A stretch of 63,839 nt of DNA, filler included. It is 4 parts of 4 records of this genome, joined end to end, with 100 filler letters (N's around TTAATTAATTAA, not from the genome) between each part and the next. Parts side by side here need not be neighbours in the genome. Positions count along the whole stretch, not along the records: positions 1 to 27,884 come from SRR20825019_2845; 3 more parts are not named here. One strand, written 5' to 3'. The notes below the pieces were generated by a model. It was not told the DNA's origin. It did not search any database and saw only the letters and a program-made list of their open reading frames with translations. Every line of letters starts with the position of its first letter. The first letter of the stretch is position 1. The position numbers and the translations under genes are program-made. Below are positions 9,821 to 18,985 of this stretch, piece after piece.

Positions 9821-11308
9821 TCAGTCATTAACATTGCGGTTGCCAAATTTGAAATTGAGGAGGGTCACAAACATGACCATCGCGAAGAGAGCCCAAACCA
9901 CGGCTGACGCATAGCCGAGACGGCCGGATTCAAACCCTTCGATAAAGACGAAATAACTCAGCGTGGTGGTCGCCCCGGCCGGCCCCCCCTGGGTCATCGC
10001 CCGGGCCATTTCGAAGCCGCCCTGCAGACCATTGATCACACTCATCACGACGATGAAGAATGTGACCGGAGCGAGTTGCGGCCAGGTGACGTTCCAGAAT
10101 TTCTGCCAGCCGTTCGCACCATCAATCTCCGAGGCTTCGTAGAGCTCCTGCGGGATGTTGGTAATGCCCGCGATGTAGAGAATCATGTTGTTGGAGCCCA
10201 CAGCCGCCCAGAAGGCCATGATCATAATCGCGGGTTTCGCCCAGTAATAATCGGCGAGCCAATCCGGAGGCGCCATTTCACCGGTTGCCGCCATCGCCGG
10301 TAATCGGACCGCCACCATGGCCAAGCCGATGAAGATCAGCTGGCCCACAATCGCACCGGAAAGCGGGAGCACCAATTTGGCAAACCCTTCACCTGAGGCG
10401 ACGCGCCGAAACGGCTCCTGCAATGCGCGCCTCATGACGAAAAACAACAATAGGCCAAGATTTCCGAGGAGGAGGAGAATCGCGAGCCAGGAACCCTCCA
10501 TCCAACGCCAACCCAAATAGATTGGCAGAAGTGAGACCACGGTAAGGCCCATGAGCGCACCCCGGCCCAACTCGCCATCAGACCATGCCTGGCCGATGCG
10601 ACGATAAAGGAAGGCGATGATCGTGAGGCCGATGGCCGCGCTGAGTATGCCCAACGCCGGACCCACCGCCGGGGGAAGTGATTGAAACAGGTCCTGAATT
10701 CCGGAGACCACCGGACGCAATGCCGCGTTCACCGGACCGGTATGCGGGTTATACATTTTTTTCCAGAGGAGGAAAGTCGCCACACCCGCCGTGAAGTGAG
10801 GCGCGTAAAACATCGTGCGGTAAACCGTCGCCTTGCCGAATAGGCCGGCCAGCAAAATCCCTGCAAAGAGGATGGCGATTAGCAGCAGCATATTGCCGAA
10901 CTCAAATCCGGTAAACAGGAGCACCGCCAGCGAGATCATCAACACGCCCATCGCGATGAAGTGGATCCGGCGTAACCCCGAGGGCCCGTTGAGTTCCTTG
11001 GTCAGCAGAATGGCCGCGAGCAGACTTCCGATAATCGCCACCGGAATCCCCAACATGAAAAACAACGTGTTGCTCAGATACTGCCAGAAGGCCGGATGCG
11101 AAAACATCCGCTCAAAGTTATCCCAACCGATAAACTCGATGGACTCGGAGCGAAACATATTGTGCCGGCGCACATCCCAATTCGTAAACGCGAGGATGAA
11201 GCTGAGCACCAACGGGATCACCGTGAAGGCCAGGAAGCCTGCGATGCTCGGGCCGAGAAACGTCAGACCGGTGACGAGACGTCGAAATGTAGGACGATTA
11301 AAGGTCAT
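9821..11308 (-). CDS. Carbohydrate ABC transporter permease (MalF-like) with large hydrophobic insertions
   Basis: FIGWDNF, YRTMFYAP, ELYEASEIDGA and GYASA motifs; 495 aa with extra transmembrane blocks. Confidence 0.9.
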   Translation of the reverse strand: MTFNRPTFRRLVTGLTFLGPSIAGFLAFTVIPLVLSFILAFTNWDVRRHNMFRSESIEFIGWDNFERMFSHPAFWQYLSNTLFFMLGIPVAIIGSLLAAILLTKELNGPSGLRRIHFIAMGVLMISLAVLLFTGFEFGNMLLLIAILFAGILLAGLFGKATVYRTMFYAPHFTAGVATFLLWKKMYNPHTGPVNAALRPVVSGIQDLFQSLPPAVGPALGILSAAIGLTIIAFLYRRIGQAWSDGELGRGALMGLTVVSLLPIYLGWRWMEGSWLAILLLLGNLGLLLFFVMRRALQEPFRRVASGEGFAKLVLPLSGAIVGQLIFIGLAMVAVRLPAMAATGEMAPPDWLADYYWAKPAIMIMAFWAAVGSNNMILYIAGITNIPQELYEASEIDGANGWQKFWNVTWPQLAPVTFFIVVMSVINGLQGGFEMARAMTQGGPAGATTTLSYFVFIEGFESGRLGYASAVVWALFAMVMFVTLLNFKFGNRNVND

Positions 11309-12765
11309 GAGTCAGTGCTCCACCCGCGCTCACGGTAGTATACTTGGTAAAAGGGATTCGTAATCAAATGGGCCGGCACCAGCTCACCGGCGGCGCGGAG
11401 TCTTTCAATGGTGGCCTGATCTTTCATTAATTTCTCGTGCAGGGCTTTCATTTGCGGATCCGCCGAGATGTTCTGCTCTATCTCGCGATTCACGGCCGCT
11501 TCCGCGCGCGCCATCGCTTCCTCCGGCGTGTAGACCCCGGCCAGAGCCGCGAGCCGATATTCGGATTCGAGCCGGTTAAAGGACGTGGGCAGAATAAACG
11601 GACTCGCCTCCGGCGTGACCGCATACTCCATCAGATCCACCGTTTCTTGATGGATCTGCCATTCCTGGGGAAAATCCTTCGGATGCCTATATTCCTCAAG
11701 CGTCGTATAGTAGGGGATCGGTGGAATCGCATCCGCCGTTTCGACAACATTCAGATTGTAGACCTCACTGGTCAGAAATTCGAGCAGGTAGGCCGCGAGT
11801 TCCTTGTGCTTCGAATTCTTATAAATCCCCACACTCCCCGTCCCCATCAAGGTAACCGGAAACGATTCGTAAGGAGTCATTCGCACCTCCATCTTCATCT
11901 CGGGATGATCCCGTAACTGAACCAGAGAGTAACGAGCACCCGTCAACAGCGCGTAACGATCCCGGAGAAACAGTTGGATTCTCGAAGTGTTGGTATCGGA
12001 ACCCGCAAAGAAATCCAGATCCGCTTGGGTGGGAATGATCCGGTCCTCATTGGTCCACTTGTCGATGAGTTTGATCACCCGAATCGTTTCGGGATTATCC
12101 AACGTCGCCCTGGTCATAGTCTCGTTCAGGACCGTGCGCCCCATGCCCCGCCGCAAGGTAGCGACATTGATCGAGTCGCAGAAAAAGATGCGCTCACGCG
12201 GGTCTTTCCCCTGATTCGCCGCAGCGACAAAAGCCTTCGCCGTGCGCTCGAATTCGTCCAGCGTCCAGCGCAGAGAAGGCAACGGGATGCCGTATTTCTC
12301 AAACATACTCACATTGAGAAAGTAGGTTTGGAGCGACGTTGACCGGGGAAACCCGACTTGCTCGCCATCGATCATGAAAGAAGGCGCCGAAGCCTCCCAG
12401 GTTTTATCCAGGGTGAAACCGTGTTTCTCCGCCAGCGGACGAAGATCTTCCATCATGCCGGTGGCGTGAAACAACCAGGCCTCGTCCCGGGCCATCGAGA
12501 TAATATCCGCCCCGACACCCGAGACGCCCTGAATCAGTTTCTTGGAGGCGTCGGAATTGGTGCTGTCCAATCGCAACTCAAACTGAGGATAGCCCTTTTC
12601 CTTCAGCCATGCATGAAACAGCTCCACCTGCTCGACGCGGGCGCTGTTAATATTCGTCACCCAATAGAGAATCGGCACCTCGCTCTGCACGGACGAACGC
12701 GTGGAACGATCGATCGCGGTCGCGATGCAAAGAGCGAAGAAGATACTGAGGAGAATATATTTCAT
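11305..12765 (-). CDS. ABC transporter extracellular sugar-binding protein
   Basis: N-terminal hydrophobic signal/anchor; NVSMFEKYGIPLP, WTLDEF and SKHKELAAYLLEFL motifs; ATGA overlap with the permease. Confidence 0.85.
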   Translation of the reverse strand: MKYILLSIFFALCIATAIDRSTRSSVQSEVPILYWVTNINSARVEQVELFHAWLKEKGYPQFELRLDSTNSDASKKLIQGVSGVGADIISMARDEAWLFHATGMMEDLRPLAEKHGFTLDKTWEASAPSFMIDGEQVGFPRSTSLQTYFLNVSMFEKYGIPLPSLRWTLDEFERTAKAFVAAANQGKDPRERIFFCDSINVATLRRGMGRTVLNETMTRATLDNPETIRVIKLIDKWTNEDRIIPTQADLDFFAGSDTNTSRIQLFLRDRYALLTGARYSLVQLRDHPEMKMEVRMTPYESFPVTLMGTGSVGIYKNSKHKELAAYLLEFLTSEVYNLNVVETADAIPPIPYYTTLEEYRHPKDFPQEWQIHQETVDLMEYAVTPEASPFILPTSFNRLESEYRLAALAGVYTPEEAMARAEAAVNREIEQNISADPQMKALHEKLMKDQATIERLRAAGELVPAHLITNPFYQVYYRERGWSTDS

Positions 12766-12790
12766 GCCGCGGGCGGGAAACTATACGCGA

Positions 12791-13180
12791 TTACTTGGCG
12801 GGCATCCGCGCGATGGCGTCAATTTCCACTTTGATGCCTTTCATCAAGCCGGCCTGCACCGTGGTGCGGGCGGGACGGATACCGGTGAAGAATTCACCGT
12901 AGGTATTATTAAAACCTTCGAAATACTTCATGTCCGAAAGGTAGCAAGTGCAGCGCACCACGTGATGACGGTCGATGCCGGCATTCTTCAAAATCAGGTC
13001 GAGATTTTTCAGCGTCAGGGCGGTCTCTTCCTCAATCGTGCTGGCCAGTCCCACCCCCGTTTTCATATCAAGAGGTCCCTGCCCACTGATGTAGAGCCAG
13101 CCGTCGATTTCCACCGCTGCAGAGAACAGTCCGTAGGTAAATTCCTTCTCAGGATGTTTGATTTCTTTTTTGTCTATCAT
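12791..13180 (-). CDS. RidA/YjgF/UK114 family protein
   Basis: LYISGQGP, NNTYGEFF, RPARTTVQA and VEIDAIA motifs. Confidence 0.92.
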   Translation of the reverse strand: MIDKKEIKHPEKEFTYGLFSAAVEIDGWLYISGQGPLDMKTGVGLASTIEEETALTLKNLDLILKNAGIDRHHVVRCTCYLSDMKYFEGFNNTYGEFFTGIRPARTTVQAGLMKGIKVEIDAIARMPAK

Positions 13181-13225
13181 GGGAATGGGTTCGTTTTTTT
13201 GATTAAAACTATGTAATTCGATTTA

Positions 13226-13251
13226 ACCACAGAGTGCACGGATTACACGGA
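13226..13251 (+). repeat. Left inverted repeat of the GxxExxY cassette
   Basis: ACCACAGAGTGCACGGATTACACGGA; three CAC(A/G)GA cores at 9-bp period. Confidence 0.85.
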
Positions 13252-13267
13252 TTTGAGGATAGGGTTT

Positions 13268-13630
13268 TCAGTTTGAGACACGTTTTATCCCAAGCTTGGA
13301 ATGTTTGAAATTTAGAAGCAGAGCGGTTTTTAAACCTGTGATATTTAAATAACCGAGCATCTGAGCGAGATGGGTATCGTTGAAGGCAGTGCAAACTTTG
13401 GAATCCACAACAACCAGGTCTTCCACCACTAGGTCAGGGACCAGTGTGCCGATTGATTCGCCTTCGTATTGGACAGGAAACTGTTTCTGACTTTCACAGC
13501 GTAGACCTAGCTTGGTCAACTCGATCACCAGTGCGCGTTCATAGAGTTTCTCATCAAGACCCGGTTTCAGGGTGAAGAGAACCTTATGGGCCGCACCAAT
13601 GATCTTTTCTGTGAGGTCATTGATTTTCAT
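13268..13630 (-). CDS. GxxExxY protein (PD-(D/E)xK nuclease superfamily)
   Basis: 120 aa; PGLDEKLY (GxxExxY), PDLVVEDLVVVDSK and AQMLGYL (QxxxY) motifs. Confidence 0.92.
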   Translation of the reverse strand: MKINDLTEKIIGAAHKVLFTLKPGLDEKLYERALVIELTKLGLRCESQKQFPVQYEGESIGTLVPDLVVEDLVVVDSKVCTAFNDTHLAQMLGYLNITGLKTALLLNFKHSKLGIKRVSN

Positions 13631-13695
13631 AGGGCTATTTAGTCACTGGTTCTGATCATTGAAGAGGGAGTGGTTTATGATAGGTAGAATCGGAT

Positions 13696-13721
13696 TCCGT
13701 GCATTCTGTGCTCTCTGTGGT
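13696..13721 (-). repeat. Right inverted repeat of the GxxExxY cassette
   Basis: Reverse complement is ACCACAGAGAGCACAGAATGCACGGA, 22/26 identical to the left repeat. Confidence 0.85.
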
Positions 13722-13771
13722 AAAAGCTCGGGGTCAGATATTTGGCATTCGGTTCATCGGGTAAAAATCGC

Positions 13772-14773
13772 TCAGGTCATCCGGACAAAAGTGGAAAGAT
13801 CTACCTGGTTTTCCAATTCCTCTCCAGCCAGATAACGCTCCACATTTTTGAGAGCACGTTGGCCGCAATCACGTCCGCGATCAATCGTGGCTCCTCCCAT
13901 GTGCGGCAGGAGAAAAACATTCGGCATCGTGCGCAACGGCGAATCCTGAGGGAGCGGTTCCTGAGCATAAACATCGAGGGCAACTTCGATGTTACCTTCG
14001 CTCGCCACTTTAATCAGCGCCTCTTCGTCCACCGTTTTTCCCCGGCCATTATTTGTGAAACAGGCTCCTTTCGGTAAGAGACGCAGTAGTTTCTCGTCCA
14101 CGCAACGCTCTGTTTCCAGCGTCAAGGGCAAGAGATTCACCAACACATCCGATTCCGCATAAAGGGCTTCAACCGAAACGGCGCGGGATACGCCATATTC
14201 GGCGAGAACCTCGTCGCTCACAAAGGGATCCCAAGTCGAGATCACCGGATTAAACGGCTGCATTAATTGACTCAGTGCTCGGGGAATGCCGCCAAAGCCG
14301 TGAATCCCCACCCGCTTGCCGTAAAGGCTGCGATTGTGCGTGGTGCGCTCCCGCCACTGTCCATTCTCGCGTAATTGGTAGCCCCATTTGGCCACCCGAC
14401 GCAGCGCGTTTAAAACCAGCAACAAGGCGCACTCGGCCACATAAGGTCCAACCCAGGGCCCCCAATTTGTGAGAATCAGACCGGCTTTCAAATGCTCTTC
14501 GTTAATCTGCTTTTTCGACGAGCCACACAGGAAACAAAAATACTCCAGACTGCCCCCATTCGACTGCAGGGCCGTCAAAGGTATCGGAGGCATATCCCAA
14601 CCGCCGATGATTATTTCAGGGGCGAAATCGTCGAGAGCTTGATGGAAACCATCCACATCCGCCGCCTCCAAACAGCGGCATTCATTCGGCATCGAATCGA
14701 TCCACAAATCAAGCCCGTCGGGGAACAGGTGGTCCCGCTCAAAAGCACTGGTGATCAGGAGAATCTTTTTCAT
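13772..14773 (-). CDS. D-isomer-specific 2-hydroxyacid dehydrogenase
   Basis: VGIHGFGGI Rossmann motif, LPLTLET, NNGRG, ALDVYAQEPLP and LPHMGG. Confidence 0.9.
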   Translation of the reverse strand: MKKILLITSAFERDHLFPDGLDLWIDSMPNECRCLEAADVDGFHQALDDFAPEIIIGGWDMPPIPLTALQSNGGSLEYFCFLCGSSKKQINEEHLKAGLILTNWGPWVGPYVAECALLLVLNALRRVAKWGYQLRENGQWRERTTHNRSLYGKRVGIHGFGGIPRALSQLMQPFNPVISTWDPFVSDEVLAEYGVSRAVSVEALYAESDVLVNLLPLTLETERCVDEKLLRLLPKGACFTNNGRGKTVDEEALIKVASEGNIEVALDVYAQEPLPQDSPLRTMPNVFLLPHMGGATIDRGRDCGQRALKNVERYLAGEELENQVDLSTFVRMT

Positions 14774-15690
14774 AAGGCGTGTGGGTTAATGATGACACTG
14801 ATGCCACCCTGCGCAGCACTTTTGGCAGCGGCTTCCATAAAGGCGATGGTCTCCAAAGTTTCGGACAGAGACACCGGTGATGGTCCGCCGTTAAAAAATC
14901 CGAGAGCAGCTCTCAGGAAAGCCTGATATCGATCATATTTCGTATCCTGAACTTCAATCAACGCGTTCTTCTCCGGGCCGAGTAACCATCCGGAAAATGG
15001 GCGACGTTCATCGTGATTCGCAGCAACCGTGCCCACCCGACCATTCGCCCAAAATCCCGTGATGACCTCCGATGATCCTTGCCGTGCGCAGGCTACGTGC
15101 TGGCAGCCCGGTCCCATGGCCGCGTAGAGCATTTCTACTTGGTGAATGCCATAATATAACCAGCCGTGCAGACCTTCTTCCAGCGGCCACTGACCCTGTA
15201 AATGCGCATGAGAACAGGATCCCGCCAACTCCGCCAAGCCCTCATTGAGTCCGCGCGAAAAGCGCCAAACCGATGATGAAAATAAGCGCGATCCGCTACT
15301 CTGGGCGATTGCTTGCATCTGTTCCGCATCAGCGGTGGAAACGCTCAGTGGTTTGTCGATGTAAACCGGCAGCCCCGACTTCGCCACCGCATCAAACTGA
15401 TCACGGTGCACCCGTCCATCCACGGACAGGATCATCATCGCATCGGCCTTCGCGATCACTTCTTCGATTGAATCGAACGTGGGCACCCCAAACTCCTTTT
15501 CCATTCGTTCTCGAAATCCCGACACACGGGAATGACTCAGCACCCAATCCGGAGACCCGCCCGCAAACGACGCCGTGATCCGAGCTCCCGGCACGTGATG
15601 GGAATGCGAGTCGTCATGCAACAGCTTCGCATACTCCACGCAGTGACTGGAGTCCAAACCGACGATGCCAACTTTCAGAGGATCACTCAT
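14770..15690 (-). CDS. Gfo/Idh/MocA family oxidoreductase
   Basis: KVGIVGLDSSH, VYIDKPL and YGIH motifs; ATGA overlaps on both sides. Confidence 0.88.
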   Translation of the reverse strand: MSDPLKVGIVGLDSSHCVEYAKLLHDDSHSHHVPGARITASFAGGSPDWVLSHSRVSGFRERMEKEFGVPTFDSIEEVIAKADAMMILSVDGRVHRDQFDAVAKSGLPVYIDKPLSVSTADAEQMQAIAQSSGSRLFSSSVWRFSRGLNEGLAELAGSCSHAHLQGQWPLEEGLHGWLYYGIHQVEMLYAAMGPGCQHVACARQGSSEVITGFWANGRVGTVAANHDERRPFSGWLLGPEKNALIEVQDTKYDRYQAFLRAALGFFNGGPSPVSLSETLETIAFMEAAAKSAAQGGISVIINPHAL

Positions 15691-16850
15691 GAAAAGACAT
15701 GCGGCGCGACCTTCTCCATATTCGGCTCTACGCCCAATCCGGGGAGGTCACTCAAATGATAGGCTCCCTCGCGCGGACGAATCGACGGCGTGAAATACTC
15801 ATCGGAGACATCGATCTGGGTCGGTTGAAATTCGAGGAGGAACAAACGTTCCGTGGCCGCCGCGACCTGCAAGGCCGAAGCCGTATAGGGTGCTAAACCC
15901 GATCCAATATGGGGAGCGCAGGGAATACCCGCCGCACCACAGAGGGTCGTCACGCGCATGCCTTCGGTGATGCCCAATCGACCGATGTCCGGCTGAGCGA
16001 TATCAAAACCGCCCGCGTCGATCCGCTCTTTGAAACGGAACCGCGTGCGGAACTCTTCACCCAAGGCGATGGGCAAATCGAGCGCCGCGCAGAGTTTTCC
16101 ATATTGCGCAAAGATCTCCGCATCCATCGGACATTCCATAAAGCTAATGTCGAGCTGCTCAAACGCCCGGCCGATCTTGATCGAATCATTCAAATTATAT
16201 ACCCAGTGCTGATCGATCAGGAAAACCGGATCGTCGCCGAGCTCCTTACGCATGCCTTCCATGTGCGCGATATCCTGCTTCACACCGTAACCAAGGGAGA
16301 TTTTGAAACGATTAAATCCCTTCTCCTGCCAACCACGAATATGATCGGCCTGTTCCGCCACACTCACCGCCGGCACACCGGAAACATAACAGGGAATCTC
16401 CGTGCGATAGGCTCCGCCCAAAAGTTTATGCACGGGCTTGCCCTGCGCTTTGCCGATCAGATCGTAGAGCGCGATATCGCAGGCCGAAATCGCATCGATG
16501 ATTTGCCCGCCATCATGACCGCGATCACGCATCCGATCATAGCACCGGTCGCGCAACACCGCGACATCGCAGGGATCTTCCCCCAGCAAACCGGGCGCGA
16601 CCAATTCATCGACGATTTTCGCCACGATGTGCGGGGTGATCGCGGCCTGGGTTTCACCCCACCCCACCACACCGTCGTCGGATGTGATTTTTACGAGGAG
16701 CGTTTCCGCGTTCATCGTGTAGATCGAACGATACACTCCGTGCGTCGTATAACTCCCGTATTCACCCACATTCTTGCGAGTGTCGTGCCCTCCGCAATAC
16801 GGGTGACCGGGAATTCGGATGGGGAAGCATTCAATGGATTCGATGCGCAT
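15687..16850 (-). CDS. Mandelate racemase/muconate lactonizing enzyme family (probable acid-sugar dehydratase or cycloisomerase)
   Basis: GVVGWGE, DIALYDLIGK, metal ligands D-x25-E-x25-E (LIDQH, FMECP, LGEE), QPDIGRLG and PGLGVE. Confidence 0.88.
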   Translation of the reverse strand: MRIESIECFPIRIPGHPYCGGHDTRKNVGEYGSYTTHGVYRSIYTMNAETLLVKITSDDGVVGWGETQAAITPHIVAKIVDELVAPGLLGEDPCDVAVLRDRCYDRMRDRGHDGGQIIDAISACDIALYDLIGKAQGKPVHKLLGGAYRTEIPCYVSGVPAVSVAEQADHIRGWQEKGFNRFKISLGYGVKQDIAHMEGMRKELGDDPVFLIDQHWVYNLNDSIKIGRAFEQLDISFMECPMDAEIFAQYGKLCAALDLPIALGEEFRTRFRFKERIDAGGFDIAQPDIGRLGITEGMRVTTLCGAAGIPCAPHIGSGLAPYTASALQVAAATERLFLLEFQPTQIDVSDEYFTPSIRPREGAYHLSDLPGLGVEPNMEKVAPHVFS

Positions 16851-16857
16851 AAAAAGA

Positions 16858-18975
16858 TTAGTTTTCGGTATAAGTTATGAGATAAGGAAATTCGACCGGA
16901 TGCTCTTCGGTCCAGTCCCGCGATTGGCCCCGACGCAGATCCCACAGCGTGCTGAGAGACCACGAGTCCGGAATGGAAGCACGCCCTTCAGAATCCACCA
17001 CCAAAGCAAATTTCCGGTCCCCGGCGGCTATCGCATAAAGCGTGCCGGACAGGCGAGTCACTTGGGTTTCTGGAGAGACGACCTCCGTGTCGTCCGGTTT
17101 GATCGCGAGAACCTCACGACTGTCTGCGGACCGGGCGGAGCCGGCCCCTCCAATATTACTAGCTGTTTTATTATCACGCTGTTCCGGAAACATGATTCCA
17201 TTGAGCGCGCGATAAACTGCAAACACCGGGCGGGGGTTATGCATCGTATCCGTCAACCCATTGACCGCATCCATCGTGCGATCATGGTCGGTCAAAGGAT
17301 CCACGAACAAACGCGATCCGGGGATCGCCAGACATAGCGCAAAGGCCTCCGCTAAAACCGCGCAATTGAGATCATCATTGGATGAGCCAAATTCCAGTTT
17401 CAGATCCCAAGCCGGATCCGACGCGGTCCGTTTCGCCGCCAGAGTCGTCCACACTTCCCAAGGGCTCTCATCAAAGCCCAGGTCGATAACCACCCGATCA
17501 ACACCGTGATCGCGCGCGCGCAGCCACTCGTTCACCATCGCTACACTCTCCGCCGAATAACCGATTCGCGTGCGTGGATGTTGTTTACCTGCCTGGGCAG
17601 CACCGGGGATCACCGGAGCCAGAATCGTTTGGAAATTCTTTTCCCGACAAACGTTGGCCCACTTTTTGAAATCAATTTCCGGTGGTGTCACCTGACCCGG
17701 CAACTGCCACTCCAGCGCATCCGGGGCACGGGCGCCGGATCGAACGAACGGCAATTCGGGCGCGTGATCACTCAGTGAAAACAAGGTCAACGACACACCC
17801 TCGCGGGTCAGCTGTCCCAAGCGACTGCTTTGCCGCTCATCGGCCCAATCATGAGCCGGAGCTCGGAGATGAGCCGCGCCAATTTCCCGCAGATTATAAA
17901 ACGGATAGTCATTCCGCACCCGTTGACGCACCACGGAGGGAAAGGCGATCGGCACTTCCACTTCGCGTAAAATCGGTTCGCGCAACGTCACGCCCATCGT
18001 CGAACCACGACCGCCGCCATCCGCTGGGAAAAGCACCACGCGAGAACCCTCGGGCACCAACGCCTCGAGTTGGCGCGCACCCGACGTGCGGATGAAATGC
18101 AGTTTGATCGCGTCGGGGAATACCCGCACCAGATAGAATCCGAGTTTCTCCTGATCGTTACGGCCACGCTCCGCAGGCGCGGGCGACGAGAAAAGATGGG
18201 AAAAACCCGGGCGCGTGAAACAGGGAGACGCGAACTGATGGTATTCCGTTTTCCCGATGGTATCGAAGAACGCGAAGTGCACATGTGCCCCGCCCACGAA
18301 AGTCACCTCATGTTGCGCGATCAAATCGAGTAACCAGCGTCGCGATTCATTCCCCACCACATCATAGTTGCCCGTTGCGGGCTCATCCGGCGTGCCCAAA
18401 TACAGGGGTAAATGGAGGAAAAGGAGCACGCGTTTGTTCTGCGTGGCTTTGAGTTCGGTTTCCAACCAAGTTCGCTGTGCTTGCTCCTCCGGCATCCCCG
18501 TATCGAGAATCTGACTGTTGATCACCAGCAGCACACAGTCTTCCCGATCCAGACGATACCAGGATTGGCCGCAGGCTTCGTGATAACCTGCGAGTGATTC
18601 CGCATTGGCCGGATGAGTCGGCATCGTGCGGTCCGGCTTGTCACCCACATCGTGATTTCCCGCGACATGGTGCACCGGCATCGGCAACTCCTGAAACGCT
18701 TTGACTGCGGCGGAAAAAGTTTCGGGAAACGACTTCGTCTCAGGATATTCCTGCACGAGATCTCCCATGTGGATCAAAAAGTCGGCCGGTAGTTTGCAGA
18801 TCAACTCCAACAAGGTGGTGACGCGATCATGTTGCCACTGCCGTGAAGGAAACTCCGGATCCACCGCCGCCGTCGGCAACTTGTCATGCGAATCCGCCAC
18901 AACCGCGAATTGGAAGAGCGGTTTGGCCAACAGGCTGAAATCAAATCCGTCTTTGTTGCTCATACGTGTCGACAT
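16858..18975 (-). CDS. Calcineurin-like metallophosphoesterase with a large unknown C-terminal region
   Basis: ADSH, HMGD, AGNHD, FLHLP and GAHVH motifs in the N-terminal ~300 aa. Start uncertain (ATGs at 18996, 18975, 18963). Confidence 0.75.
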   Translation of the reverse strand: MSTRMSNKDGFDFSLLAKPLFQFAVVADSHDKLPTAAVDPEFPSRQWQHDRVTTLLELICKLPADFLIHMGDLVQEYPETKSFPETFSAAVKAFQELPMPVHHVAGNHDVGDKPDRTMPTHPANAESLAGYHEACGQSWYRLDREDCVLLVINSQILDTGMPEEQAQRTWLETELKATQNKRVLLFLHLPLYLGTPDEPATGNYDVVGNESRRWLLDLIAQHEVTFVGGAHVHFAFFDTIGKTEYHQFASPCFTRPGFSHLFSSPAPAERGRNDQEKLGFYLVRVFPDAIKLHFIRTSGARQLEALVPEGSRVVLFPADGGGRGSTMGVTLREPILREVEVPIAFPSVVRQRVRNDYPFYNLREIGAAHLRAPAHDWADERQSSRLGQLTREGVSLTLFSLSDHAPELPFVRSGARAPDALEWQLPGQVTPPEIDFKKWANVCREKNFQTILAPVIPGAAQAGKQHPRTRIGYSAESVAMVNEWLRARDHGVDRVVIDLGFDESPWEVWTTLAAKRTASDPAWDLKLEFGSSNDDLNCAVLAEAFALCLAIPGSRLFVDPLTDHDRTMDAVNGLTDTMHNPRPVFAVYRALNGIMFPEQRDNKTASNIGGAGSARSADSREVLAIKPDDTEVVSPETQVTRLSGTLYAIAAGDRKFALVVDSEGRASIPDSWSLSTLWDLRRGQSRDWTEEHPVEFPYLITYTEN

Positions 18976-18985
18976 CCTGCTATCA

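Larger units (their letters stand above)
13222..13725. mobile_element. Putative minimal element: GxxExxY gene bounded by terminal inverted repeats
   Basis: About 500-bp unit made of IR, one nuclease-fold gene and IR, sitting between two genes of a catabolic operon. No clear target-site duplication. Confidence 0.55.

Noticed and set aside
13226-13721. Repeats as a mini-CRISPR array
   Set aside because: Only two copies, inverted rather than direct, separated by a gene; no cas genes are recognisable in the window.
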